Below are positions 11,463-23,400 of a stretch of DNA of 64,000 nucleotides, in pieces (the first letter of the stretch is position 1; each line of letters begins with the position of its first letter). Location of the stretch: contig CM119384.1 of assembly GCA_051294905.1 (NCBI GenBank), forward strand, positions 18,228,001 to 18,292,000, given 5' to 3'. The translations under genes and the position numbers were made by a program. Origin of the DNA: Botryllus schlosseri (lineage: Eukaryota). The notes below the pieces were generated by a model. That model was not told where the DNA came from and ran no database searches. It saw only the letters and a list, made by a program, of their open reading frames with translations.

Positions 11463-12793
11463 TCTGTACACTCCTGCTGTCCTACACTACCAAATTATAG
11501 CACAGCACAATAAACTTGCCACTTGTGCAATTGATAGCAAGTAGAGATTCGTCACTATTGCATCGCCAGGGATAGTTGAAATTTTGAGCTAAACCGAAAC
11601 AGGACTGAGCCCACAGTGAAATAATTATGATAACTTGCAGCCGTGATGATGTTAACTGAAGACATTAATATTACTTGAAATGAATAGAGTTTTTTTAGTA
11701 TGGTGTGTAGGCCTATGGCGTGTGTATGATGAAGTTCCATAAATTTTTGAAGACAACAGCTCAGTGGTTCTCAACCGGTGTGCCGTGAAAGACTATAATG
11801 TGCCGATTGGTCTGCTCCCGGGAGCCGCTTGAAAATTTGGCCGACGTATAACAAAATTAAGGAATCCAAATTATGACTGCGTATCGTCTGTGGTTCTATT
11901 ATTTATTACCCGCACAGGGCACACAATGTATGCGATGTTATGAACAGATAGGTGATAATCGAAGCGACCAAGTACGGTCCGTCAATCTGGTATGCATCCC
12001 CACAGCCTATAATATCTGATATAGCAGTGTTCGATCGTTATCTTGATTTATTTTAGGCTTCCGCGCTCTTTTCCATTCTCTTTCTTGAAAACCGTCCTTG
12101 CGCGGGTCTTTTTCTGTGCGTTTATTATGTAAGGAAACTGAGCACAGCGATGTAGTGGAGGGGCCTCTATACCGTCAACAGAGGCGGAACACCAACCTGA
12201 CCTCGTATAATAACATTTGGGAAGGTGATGACTAAAAATAAGTGTAGCAATCGGACAATCTGACCGTGGTGTTGAGGTTTATAGGCCGAAGATGTTGACT
12301 TTTTCCCTGGCACCTCCATCAGAACTAATGGCTGACATGACGTCGGCTAATGAATTTTTCCTATTTATTTTTTAGTCGTCTTCTTGCCAAATCTTGCTCT
12401 CTGAGTACTCGTTGTTTTGAAGTGTTCATGGTATTTCGACATGATCATTTTACACCAAACTGACATTTCTTACTATTATTCCTGAATTACCAACTAATAC
12501 CACGGCCCAATTTCACCCCATAGTTGTTGTGAGACATCGCTTACGCGGATCACATAGCGAGGAAGATCCAGATGATCCTCCCACACTTAGAAATGGATCC
12601 TGGTACTCGAAGTTCTAGGGTGCCGCGATGGCAAAAGGTTGAGAATCACTTCCCTGGCTACTGCATCAGCTCTACTGGTGGATCTATTCACGCTGGCTGG
12701 GGTGGATTTGAAATCATATGCAAGTATACCAATATTACTGACCAGATTGATTCAATAGTTTGATAAATTTTCCGCCCTTTCTCGCTACTACAG

Positions 12794-12922
12794 AACTTAT
12801 GCTAACTAAATTCTAATTACAATAAATCCTCCGTTCGCCGTCACAACTATCCAGTCAGGTTCGTTGGTGAATGGTGGGATATACCGTTATACCGGACTTA
12901 TTCGCTACGGAAAAGCGCGAAT
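12794..12922 (+). pseudogene. Degenerate second-exon-like segment downstream of module copy 1
   Basis: Acceptor gctactacag|aac and donor aat|gtaagt; homologous to 14864-14977; 129 nt, but has a stop in the frame set by the first exon. Confidence 0.4.
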
Positions 12923-13809
12923 GTAAGTATGTGAATCATATGGAAAATATTGGCTGGTGATGAACCGAACCGACCTAGTGTCACTATATTTTTTATATTA
13001 ATGTGGCTATATATCCATTCCAAACAAAGAAATATAAGAATAAAAAGTATAAATAAACGCATAAATACGCCAGGGAGATCTATATATTCCTAAAGATCGC
13101 ATACCGTCATCTCCATCTGGTCCATGGGTAAAATCCTATCATGTAAACTGAGATAGGATAAAACATCGTGCATACCGCATACAAGTACCAATGTTATTGA
13201 CAAAATCCATTTATTGTCTGTAAAATTTTTCGCGCAAAAGGCTACCCATTCGCCCTCCGGCTCGTTCGTGAATTGCATAGCATAATGCCGGAACTATAGT
13301 AGGCCTACGCCGCGGAAAGAGTTTACGTGGTCGTCTATCATAATGGTCAGTCATGAAATGACCCGTTGACGGACTGGTTCTGGGGAACGAATCCTTCAAG
13401 AAGTTTGGTTGAACATGATCAGCGTATGGCATGGGGGTTGTTATGTTCTTGATCATGCTTGAACAATAACTCATACGACGAGGTTGCAATATGAAATCAG
13501 TATATAATCAGCAGAACAACAACTTAATACAGGCGAGACAATCCAGAGTGCAGGTGAAGGAAAGACGATAGAGAACAGAAAACAAGGGTATAAATACGAA
13601 GCACGACACACGAGGAAATAGGCTAATGATTGGCAGTAATTACTAATCCTAGACAAATAACAGACAAACGACACAAACGTCAAATGCACGAACGTAATAG
13701 GGGTCAAACGTTTTATCTCGTGGGCCGCATTCAACATCTGAATCCCCAGTGTATGACTTGGTTACTATAGTGACCTAAGGTTTATCGCTGTCGATCGTTC
13801 GGCAGCGAA

Positions 13810-14590
13810 TTCAGCACAGTGGCATTTCGGCCAAAACCTGATATGTCATGGTATATGTCTTGACGCGGTAAAGCCCGTGGCCGGAATACTGTTGCCTATG
13901 TAGTCAAACATCTAGACCAGTGATTCTTAAGCTTAACCTGGGATATTCTTACGCTAATCTGCAAGCCCTTGGGAACACCAAATTTCTACTGAGTGACAAA
14001 ATATAAATCCACCACTGTATTACGTGTAGACTGCAGCATAATTCTTTTTCTGCGGCCGCAGATTGGCCACCCCTGATATGGAGATACTGAAGGTAGAAGT
14101 ATAATATCTCTTGGGTATTGAGAATGCATTATCACTTTAATACCAAATTAAAAGTCGCATTGATATTCGATGCGAAAAACAATAAAAACAATCGGAATCA
14201 ACATCTAGTAGCGCATGATATGTATGTGCAATTGTGACGTAATAATGACAGAGAATTATTCCACCTAGCGGATTTTTATAATGTTATAATGTTATTGTAT
14301 CGTGTGCATATCCCAGCGAAATGTTTCGCGAAACTCTTTATTAATACGCATGTAATCTATGCGATCGTAGTGATCGTCTGAGGATATGGCGGCTGAGGAC
14401 AGGTAAGAAGTTTTATTGGTCAAAATCTGCGATTTCCATGACTGAAACCTACCAAACAGTCATTTATTGCTTCCTCAACTTTCTTCAATGTTTCATCGTA
14501 TTGCTATACTTTCAATGAGACGCCGGGGTCGACATATAATCATTTCTTCAAATTTATTCAATAGTTATTCAAAGTTCATGATCATAACAA
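13810..14590 (+). repeat. Promoter/first-exon module, copy 2
   Basis: TGACGTAA (14235-14242), ATG GCG GCT GAG GAC AG|gtaag (14386-14402), dyad GACGCCGGGGTC (14519-14530). Confidence 0.8.
14386..14402 (+). CDS. Candidate alternative first coding exon (MAAED, phase 2)
   Basis: Same 17-nt length, phase and GTAAG donor as copies 1 and 3. Confidence 0.5.
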
Positions 14591-14863
14591 TTGTTCTATA
14601 ACATGGTCTTATGGTCTCGTCAATTTTCATTAAGGATCAACCGTTATGGCAATAAGATTTTGTTACCTACAATGGTTATCCTACGCTACCAAATTGTGGC
14701 GTAGCCAATAGTAATTCCAGAGTTCCGCCATTGATAGTTCTACTAGTAAATGTAATCTCGTAGGCTGAGTTAGCATCACGATTAATACCAATACATGGAA
14801 GTAGCCTACTTGCCAAATCCATTCAATATCTTTAAATTATTTTCCCCCTTTTTGCTACTGCAG

Positions 14864-14977
14864 AACAAATGATAACATAAAATCTTGCGTTCGTCGTCAG
14901 GACTATCCATTCATTCCGGCTTGTTTGTGAATCGCGTGATACACCGGACTTGATTTGGTACGGAAAAGCGTGCATAT
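14864..14977 (+). pseudogene. Degenerate second-exon-like segment downstream of module copy 2
   Basis: Acceptor gctactgcag|aac and donor tat|gtatga; KSCVRRQDYP..RKSV matches KSSVRRHNYP..RKSA in 12794-12922; contains in-frame stops. Confidence 0.4.
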
Positions 14978-15235
14978 GTATGAGTGTGAATCGTACTACA
15001 TAAAGAGGTTGGTGATGAACTGACCCATGATTAGCATTGTCTGTTGGTCGGAAAAGGGCTGTTTCGATCATGGGTAGGCTGGGTAGCTTACGCCGCTATT
15101 TAGAATGATACTAACCTTTCGGGAATAAAAGCGACCGTAGCTTCCATATCAGAGGTGTCAAACCCAAATGGGGTCGCGGGTCGCATTCAAACCTTAGAGA
15201 TCGCTCGCGTGCAGGACCAGTCAAGTTATCCGACA

Positions 15236-15430
15236 AGAGCGTAATGGTGAAGCGTTCGGCTTCTTGATGGTAGGTCGTGGGTTCTATCCCCGGCCGGGTC
15301 AGACCAACGACCTAATTAGTAACACTGGTATCCATGACTTCCCAACTTGACGCTGATGCATTACTGGGATAGCATGGATGGGTGGTGCAAGACTTAGAAA
15401 GCCGTAAAAGGCTAAATCGGCACCTTCCTT
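15236..15430 (+). mobile_element. tRNA-derived SINE
   Basis: A-box-like TAATGGTGAAGCG, B-box-like GGTTCTATCCC, then ggccgggtcagacc..actggtatcc body shared with 20455-20620. Confidence 0.75.
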
Positions 15431-15619
15431 GTCCAGCGGCACATATGCACATCATGCACTCATGGTATCCATAGGCACGGATCGTGTTTATGCGTATCAT
15501 GAGTCGGTGTATATGCCGCAAAAACATCAAGGACGAAAATAAACTACGTCCTTTTCTTTACTTATCTCAAAACTTTACCTAATTCTCTTGGTCTTCATTT
15601 GAATAATTCATAATCAAGC

Positions 15620-17525
15620 CAGTGTTGGGATGACTCGAGTCCAGTGTTGGGATCAAGTCACTACCTTCGAGTCACGAGTCATTTCGAGTCACTGCAAATT
15701 TTGACTCTAGTCAAGTCAAGTCAATCGATTTTCAAAGGTGACTCGAGTCAAGTCAAGTCACTCGATTTTTGGAGGTGACTCGAGTCAAGTCGAGTCAAGT
15801 CAAGTCAAGTCACGAGTCAAGTCACATTTCAAGTCAAGTTGCCTTTTCGAAGTATGAGTCATGATTACGTCATTGCAATTTGCTAGCTGTCTGAAATACA
15901 GATTGAGTGGTCATTGGTTCCGAACCGGTGAACGAATATAGAGTTAAATACGCACGCAAGAAGACGCTGCATCGCTCACATATACGTAAAACTATTAAAC
16001 TACGTAAGTAATTGCATAGCCTCAGTTTATAGTTACCAGCCAAAATAGAGAATAGACAAACGAATTGAGAAGATGCAATACATTACCCATTTACAAATAG
16101 ATGTGATACAATTCGAGCATGCGTTGAGGACAATATAAAGTATATTCGAATTTAATTCAAATAAAACAAGAGGTTTGGTAAAGGTAAAAGAACAGAGAAC
16201 AGAAATAGACATTTTGCTATTTTATTACTACTAGAGTGAACGACAACGTAAGCTGTAAGCTTCGATCACTTCGTTTACGGTCAATTTATTTATGAGAAAA
16301 CAATCGCGGCTCAGTGGAACGCTCGATCATTGAATGATTGATCGCTTTCAAGGGTTGCACCAGCGTTTCGCGAACAATCCGAACATATGCAAGATACAGT
16401 GATTTTTATCGACGCCGATTACTTGATGACTTGAAATTGACTCGTGAATTTTGCTCCGAGTCACGAGTCAATCCACATTTCTGATACGTCGAGTCAAGTC
16501 AAGTCAAGTCATTTTAGCAAAGTGACTCGAGTCAAGTCAAGTCATACGAAAAAAGTGACTCGAGTCTGACTCGAGTCAAGTCATGACTCGAGTCATCCCA
16601 ACACTCGAGTCATGACTGGACTCGAGTCAGACTTGAGCCACCTTTTTCGTATGACTTGACTTGACTCGAGTCACCTTGCTAAAATGACTTGACTTGACCT
16701 GACTCGGCGTATCAGAAATGAGGATTGACTCGTGACTCGGAGCAAAATTCACTAGTCAATTTCAAGTCATCAAGTTATCCGTGTCGATAAAAATCATTGT
16801 ATCTTGCATATGCTCGGATTGTTCGCGAAACGCTGGTGAAAGCGTGAAAGCTACTAATTATTCAATCATCATGCGTTTTACTGAGCCCCCATTGTTTTCT
16901 CACAAATAAATTGACCGCAAACGAAGTGATCGAAGCTGACAGCTTACGTTGTCGTAAATAGTGGTACAGTAATTTAATAGCAAAATGTTTATTTCTGTTC
17001 TCCGTTCTTACCTTAACCAAAACTCTTGTTTTATTGAAATTGAATATAGTTTATGTAGACCTCAACCATTGGTGCAGGCTCGAATTGTATCATATCAATT
17101 TGTAAATGGGTAATGTATTGCATCTTGTCAATTCGTTTCTCTATTCTTTATTCTGGCTGGTAACTATAAAATGAGGCGATGCGATTACTTTTAGTTTAGC
17201 AGTTCTACGTTTATGTGAGCGATACAGCGCCTTCTTTCGTGTATCTTGAAATCTATATTCGTTCATCGGTTTAAAATCAATGAACACTCAATCTGTATTT
17301 TAGACAGCTAGCAAAATGCAATGACGTAATCATGCCTCATACTTCGAAAAGGCAACTTGATTTGAATTGTGACTTGACTCGTGACTTGACTTGACTTGAC
17401 TCGACTTGACTCGAGTCACCTCCAAAAATCGAGTGACTCGACTTGACTCGACTTGACTCGAGTCAAAATGTGCAATGACTAGAAATGACTCGTGACTCGA
17501 AGGTGGTGACTTGATCCCAACACTG
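15620..17525 (-). mobile_element. Family A MITE (reverse orientation) carrying a second copy of itself
   Basis: TIRs at 15620 and 17525; perfect 8-bp TSD AATCAAGC (15612-15619, 17526-17533). Confidence 0.92.
15642..16603 (+). mobile_element. Family A MITE inserted 22 bp inside the outer copy
   Basis: Starts CAGTGTTGGGATCAAG; flanked by CTCGAGTC (15634-15641, 16604-16611); right TIR lacks its terminal CTG. Confidence 0.9.
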
Positions 17526-18584
17526 AATCAAGCATATATACATAACATTATATTGAATTATAGCACAGATGATAAGGTTCTATCTAGCAACACCGTTATT
17601 CGCGAGCGATCGAATTCGCAAATTTACGATGAGTGGCCTGTTGAATACATACAGTAATGAACAGCGAAAACAGTGTCGCTAACGACGATATTAGTTGGCA
17701 TATTTTTATGCTCCGTTGGTTTAAGTTGTAACGTATGCGTATGCGTTGTGAGGAATATAAGAGATATATCAGTAAACGCGGACGTTGGAATTTGGTTTAT
17801 TGTTATTAATAAATCGCGATTCGGGTTTCTTTATTGTCCGGGGACCTTTTGAGTCGAAAGTGACACAGTAGTGTGACCACAGACATTTGGATTATATTTT
17901 GGGTGGCTGATATATTACACTCACCAACAAAATATTTCATCATGGATTGTAAGAACGATTTTAAGGTAGGCCTACATCAGTGCTCTGAGCACGAAAATAG
18001 CACTAGTTTCTGCTAATTCGGTCTTGTTTTCAAAATATGACCGAATTTAAATATTTCTAATTCTAATTTTTTATTTCATATAAACTAGGTTCCATTTTAT
18101 CCGAACAGCCTATATTAAATATTTTTGAATTGATAGGTCTGTCTGCACTGAAACCACGAGAATGCGACGAAGGTAAAGGCACAATTCGATCAGATTAAAT
18201 CACAAAAACGCCCCATTTATTCGTATTCCATCGGATTCTCCTATCATACCTTAATTGGTGACATTAAACTTCCTGTAGCCTACCTATAAATGTGTTTAAT
18301 GTGAAAAAATACATAGCAGTAATTCAGTAATAACAAACCAAGTAGGCCTATGCCTGATCTTACAAAAGACGATAATTTGTAAACACAGACGAAATGAATA
18401 AGAAAGCAATAATTTTGTTTGCCGGGGAGTATTCAGAGCTTCAGGAAGAAATAAATCCAACACAGGATGTGTATTAGTTAATTTTGTAGATGTAACTCTG
18501 GTAATTTACTCAAATTAGCTTGAAGTCACCTGCAGCAAAGTCTTGTACGACTTTGCTGGGGACATATTCGCAATAGGCTAGGTA

Positions 18585-18830
18585 CTGGCAGTAAGCTGCC
18601 ATCATGTGAGTATCCCAACTCTCTTGATATCTCTCTTCCATTTATTTGATATATAGGCGAAACCTTCCACTTTGTTCCTTACTTATCTTTCCGATATTTT
18701 CGGGGAAGCGATGATAGTAAACGTTATGCTCATTGCTCATGCTTTTCCTTGATCCAAGAACGTTCCTAAGCATCACTTTAAGGCGACCCATATCCTTGCT
18801 TGCTTTTGTCGTTCCAACCAAACTCAATAC
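18585..18830 (-). pseudogene. Second Chapaev-type transposase relic (C-terminus)
   Basis: FPENIGKISKEQSGRFRLYIK*MEERYQESWDTHMMAAYC resembles FPENLGxVSxEQGERFHQDIKxMExRYQGRWDxxMMADYC. Confidence 0.82.
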
Positions 18831-19344
18831 GATATGTTTAGTTGATCTTGACTAAAAGGCGTCATTTTACTCTGCATTCGTATGACGGAGCCGGTGTCAC
18901 TGCAGCTGCTAGACCAACTATTATTACCATCTTCGTCTTCCACTGCATCCTATAGCATATATATTCGAAATCATGCCTAGCAGGGTCGTAAAACTGCAAC
19001 AGGAATTTCAGGGCAGTGAGCAATTGGCTGTAAAGATTAGTCAATGCTGGCGTAGTGCTATGACTTCTTGAATCTTAACTGTCATTTATCTCCTCCTATA
19101 GCTCAAACTGGGGGAGGGGTTAATTAATGTAATCAGTCCATACAGTAAAATAGTCTCTAAATCAGGGGGGCCAACTTTTCCAGTCGGCGGGGCGGATATG
19201 GTAAAATGAAGTAGGCTACTTGGCGGGCCGGATTCCTGAATCTATACATTTATTACCGTAATGTACTTCATTAGCTGTTTATGTCGATGAGACATCTGGG
19301 GTCAATGAAATTGTGTACAGGTTCTTTGAACTTTGGCTGCTTGA

Positions 19345-19640
19345 TAGGGGATAATCCTCGATTTATCAACGAAAAACTCACATAACTCCGCTTCTGCTGG
19401 TCGGAATTACCTCAAATTTGTTTTGCAACGTCTTTGAAGACAGCTCAACAATTTCATGGGGTTGGCGGAAAATTTTTTCAATTTTCCATAATAAATTAAA
19501 AATTTTAATTGGATCTGCGGAGTCGTATACTTGTTAGAATCGAACCAAATTTGGTGTGCAGCGTTTTTAGGGTAACCTGACAATTTAATCAGTGAATGGC
19601 TGAAATCCGGGAAAAAAGTTATTTATAAACAGCCCTTGGC
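19345..19640. mobile_element. Non-autonomous DNA-transposon fragment (family shared with 62850-63159)
   Basis: Shares gaagacagctcaacaatttcatggggttg..aaccaaatttggtg..agggtaacctgacaattt..aacagccct. Confidence 0.7.
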
Positions 19641-20099
19641 CACCCTAGAATAGAGTCATGGTCCTGCTGAATGCTCGGTAATCGCTGGCGCTGATTCGCC
19701 TTTCTATAAAAGATGCATATTTTTTTACTTACTACCCGTATTAAAAATGTAGACTTCTAGCGACATGAAATTGCCACCGGATGCGATTATTGCTATTTTT
19801 ATGTGGCAATAACTAGACCTACCGCAGTACCGTAAATCTATAGCTGAAGGTTGACATCATAGGCGTAGCTGGGCGATAAAAGACGCCGTTGTCTCTCCTA
19901 TTTGCCACTTGTACATTGTGACTCCATACGTGTCACTATCACTGAGCTATTTAAACACCATACGTCTCATCAGAGTCGGCTGGAAAGCTTGAGGTAGCCT
20001 ACGTATAATTAGACAATATGAACACCTGTTTTGTGCGAAGAACATGTCGATTATAACTAAATTTTCACAAAATCTACAATTTTCGATATAGCCTTGTGG

Positions 20100-20455
20100 C
20101 TCAATGAACTACGTGTCACTGTGACGTCATAATGATAGTAATTATTGCACAAAGCGATTTTTTTCTCGCATTGTTATCGTATCGCGTGTATAATGCACTG
20201 TGCGTATCCTAGTGAAATGTTTCGAGGAACTCTCTATTAATAGTCATGTCTTATATTTGATCGCAAAGATCGTCTGGCTATATGGATGCTGAAGATAGGT
20301 AAGAAGTTTTCTTGGTAAAAATTCGCGAAATCCTTGACTGACACCTCCAGAACAATGAGATTTAATCCTTGTTTATTACCTTATGTCAATGTTTCGTCGA
20401 AATGCTACACTTTCATTGAGACACCGGCGTCGACATAGAATTATTTTTTCTAATT
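20100..20455 (+). repeat. Promoter/first-exon module, copy 3 (nearest the gene body)
   Basis: TGACGTCA (20122-20129), ATG GAT GCT GAA GAT AG|gtaag (20282-20298), dyad GACACCGGCGTC (20420-20431). Confidence 0.8.
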
Positions 20456-23400
20456 AATGGTGATGTGTTCGACTTCGTGATCGGTAGGTCGTGGTTCGAA
20501 CCCCGGCCGGGTCAGACCTAAGAGTCGAGAACTGGTATCCGCAGCTATCCTGTTAGACGCACCCATGGATAGCGTGGATGAGAAACAAAAACAGGGGTGC
20601 GGACTAGGTGACCTAGGGGTCACATCGCATCTTCGTCGTCAAAGCATCTCGATGGGGCAGGCGAAAATGAATATCATATATCTATCTCTCCCTCTCTCTC
20701 ATGGTCATAATAAATTGGTCTATGATATCTCGTTATATTCATTAATGATCAACGGTTATATCAGTGAGATTGAACAATCCTACAATCCTACACTATCACA
20801 TCATAGCGTAATCAATAGTATTTCCGGGTGGCGCAATTGACAGCTCGTAGAGTTTGGTCACTATTGCATCGCCTGGGGGGAGATGTGGTACCGATGGATC
20901 ACTGGGACCGAAAATACTTGAAAAATTTTCCATGATAATTCCATGATTGCACTCCGTGAATTTTTGTACAATAACATGCTGACAGAATCTTTCCTCACAT
21001 GCAAAAAAATTCGACCTGCGCGAGTTATGGGGTCTGTGACGAATGATTTACGTTTTAGGGGGTATGAAGTAAATTTAGATCGACATTTGCATTTTTCTAT
21101 ATCACCTCACAGACTAACAAACCCGCCATAATTTTTGATGTGAATTATAGGGCTTGTATCAGGGTATATAATGCCACATATTTTTTGAATCAATACCATC
21201 CTCGAGTGGACTATTTTCAAGTCAATTACAATATTTATGGGGTGGGGGACCTATGGTACCATAGCCAAATCAAGCCAAATAGATGGGCCAACTAATCACT
21301 TAACAACAGAAACTCGACTGCATATATATAGGCGTTAAATCATAGTTACATGTGGTGTTTTATCCCTATTACGAGGTATTTGAAAGTCAAAATGTCGATT
21401 TGCGGGTAATATGTATGTGGCATTAATTTTGTATGTTTAGGCGTAAATCAAAGCATGATTTTATGCCAACATTTGGGTTGATATAATCTATTTTATTCTT
21501 GAAGGTCGCGACGAAACATTCTTCATTGGCTTGTTGTAGCTTAGCTTACAGTACACAACTAAACAAGTTAACAAATTTGAGTTTTTGAGCGTATGTCTCA
21601 TAGGTCCCATGATCGTGTGCCTTTGGACCCACCGGGTGGGGACTGGGGACCGTTCGAGCAACAAATTTTAAACGTTCATAAATATTTTTTGAATAATCGC
21701 ATATTCATGTAAATGTCCGCGATAGTTAGAGCTTGTATCAAAGTGTTGAGACAGCAAAAGATCCGCTATTCTCGGCTGAAGATTTGAGGGCTAGAGATCA
21801 TTTTGCAATTTTTGATCCATCGGTACCACATCTCCTCTATTGTTTAAGTTGATATAGACCTAAACAGAGCTGTGCCCGCAGTGAAGGCAGTGTCTTGATT
21901 TCCAACAGTGATGATGCTAACTGTTTCATCAGTATTTCTTCCGGTCGCTAGAATAACCATTTGGGATCAGATATCTTGATTTCAATCTGTACTTATATAG
22001 GCCTACCCAAACCAGGAACATCTTGATTCTAGATGTTCTAGATATCTCTGACCCAAACATACAACTATTCCCAGATTATACATAAAACAGGATGGACTAA
22101 TGTTCCGAAAAGTCTCTTTATCGAAGAATTATTGTTGAAATGAAATATATTACATTGAAATTAAAAATTAGCATTTTCCCGATGTAACTAGGATTTCACA
22201 GTTCTAAGGCATTATGAGGTGCGGGATAACTGGTATCTTTGGTGAGAGAAAACATGATTAATATTTATCTAGATGAGCTTTAGCTCGATTGTTCAGTAAA
22301 GCCAGTATTTCCAATGTTCGCATGCAACTCAGTGCAATTATTTGCTAGAGATATGAGAGCTGCAATGCATAATACATTTACTCTGAAACAATTTTGATTA
22401 CTCGCAAATTTAATTCTGGCATTATTTCAGCATCGACAAGCAGAGGATGGAAAATTCATTTTCGCCATCCTCAGCTGGATTCGATTTCATTCCTAAACGG
22501 AAAAAAATGACGGTTTGTTGCATTACTGCATATTACTGCATATTTGGCAATATTCATTTTATATCGCAGGTGCTTTTATGAACAGCATGTCGCGTACCGT
22601 ACTGCATTCAATCAATCTTTTGTGTGTCGATGTCATGTTTGATTGTATTTTTGAATTTTGCGCTGATGAGTCAATTCTCTCTCTTTCTCCGTCCCTAACA
22701 TTCTACTGGCAACATACATTTATGTAGGCTCCCTCTAATATTCCATCTCCACGCCCTATTGAAGATGTCCAGCCAATTAGTCCTTCTAGTAATATAGGCG
22801 TCAGAAGAGTAAGCTCGTATCAATTTCGCATAATTCATCTTGCAGACATTCCGTAGAGCTATGAACCGGGTTGTAGCTTTGTTTTCGTGGCTTTCCTCAT
22901 TTCGATGCTCGAACTGCAAGGTAAGAACATTGTTAAATATAATGTATGAAATAGTTACTTCAAAATATATCATTTGCAGCGCACGAAATCGGAAGATCAG
23001 AGTCAGGTGAGACTTAATTGAAGCATATCTGATGAGAAGGTGTTTAATTTCATCCGATCATTTTTTTGACCCTGTCATTCCGATATCAACTCTGATCAAG
23101 CAGTAGCGAATGATTGAGCTTTCTGATTATTCTGTTAGTTATTACATAACCTTTTATCTCGTTTGTACCTCTTTGAAATCAGCAACTGGTTCACACACGT
23201 CTTCTGAAATGACTGGTGCTGTACGAATTCGATTCTACGGCCCATGATGGAGATTTAAGACGGGCAAAGTATATCAGGAATACGGTATGACAGATGTCCG
23301 TGGGGCGCCAGAAATGAACATAGCGTCACAATGTCAATATCAAAATGTTGAATGCTTTGAGGACCTTGTTCCCACCTCGCTGTTGCATTTCCCAATCAAA

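Noticed and set aside
15236-15310. tRNA gene (also at 20455)
   Set aside because: A/B-box-like motifs but no complete cloverleaf, and both continue into a shared SINE body.
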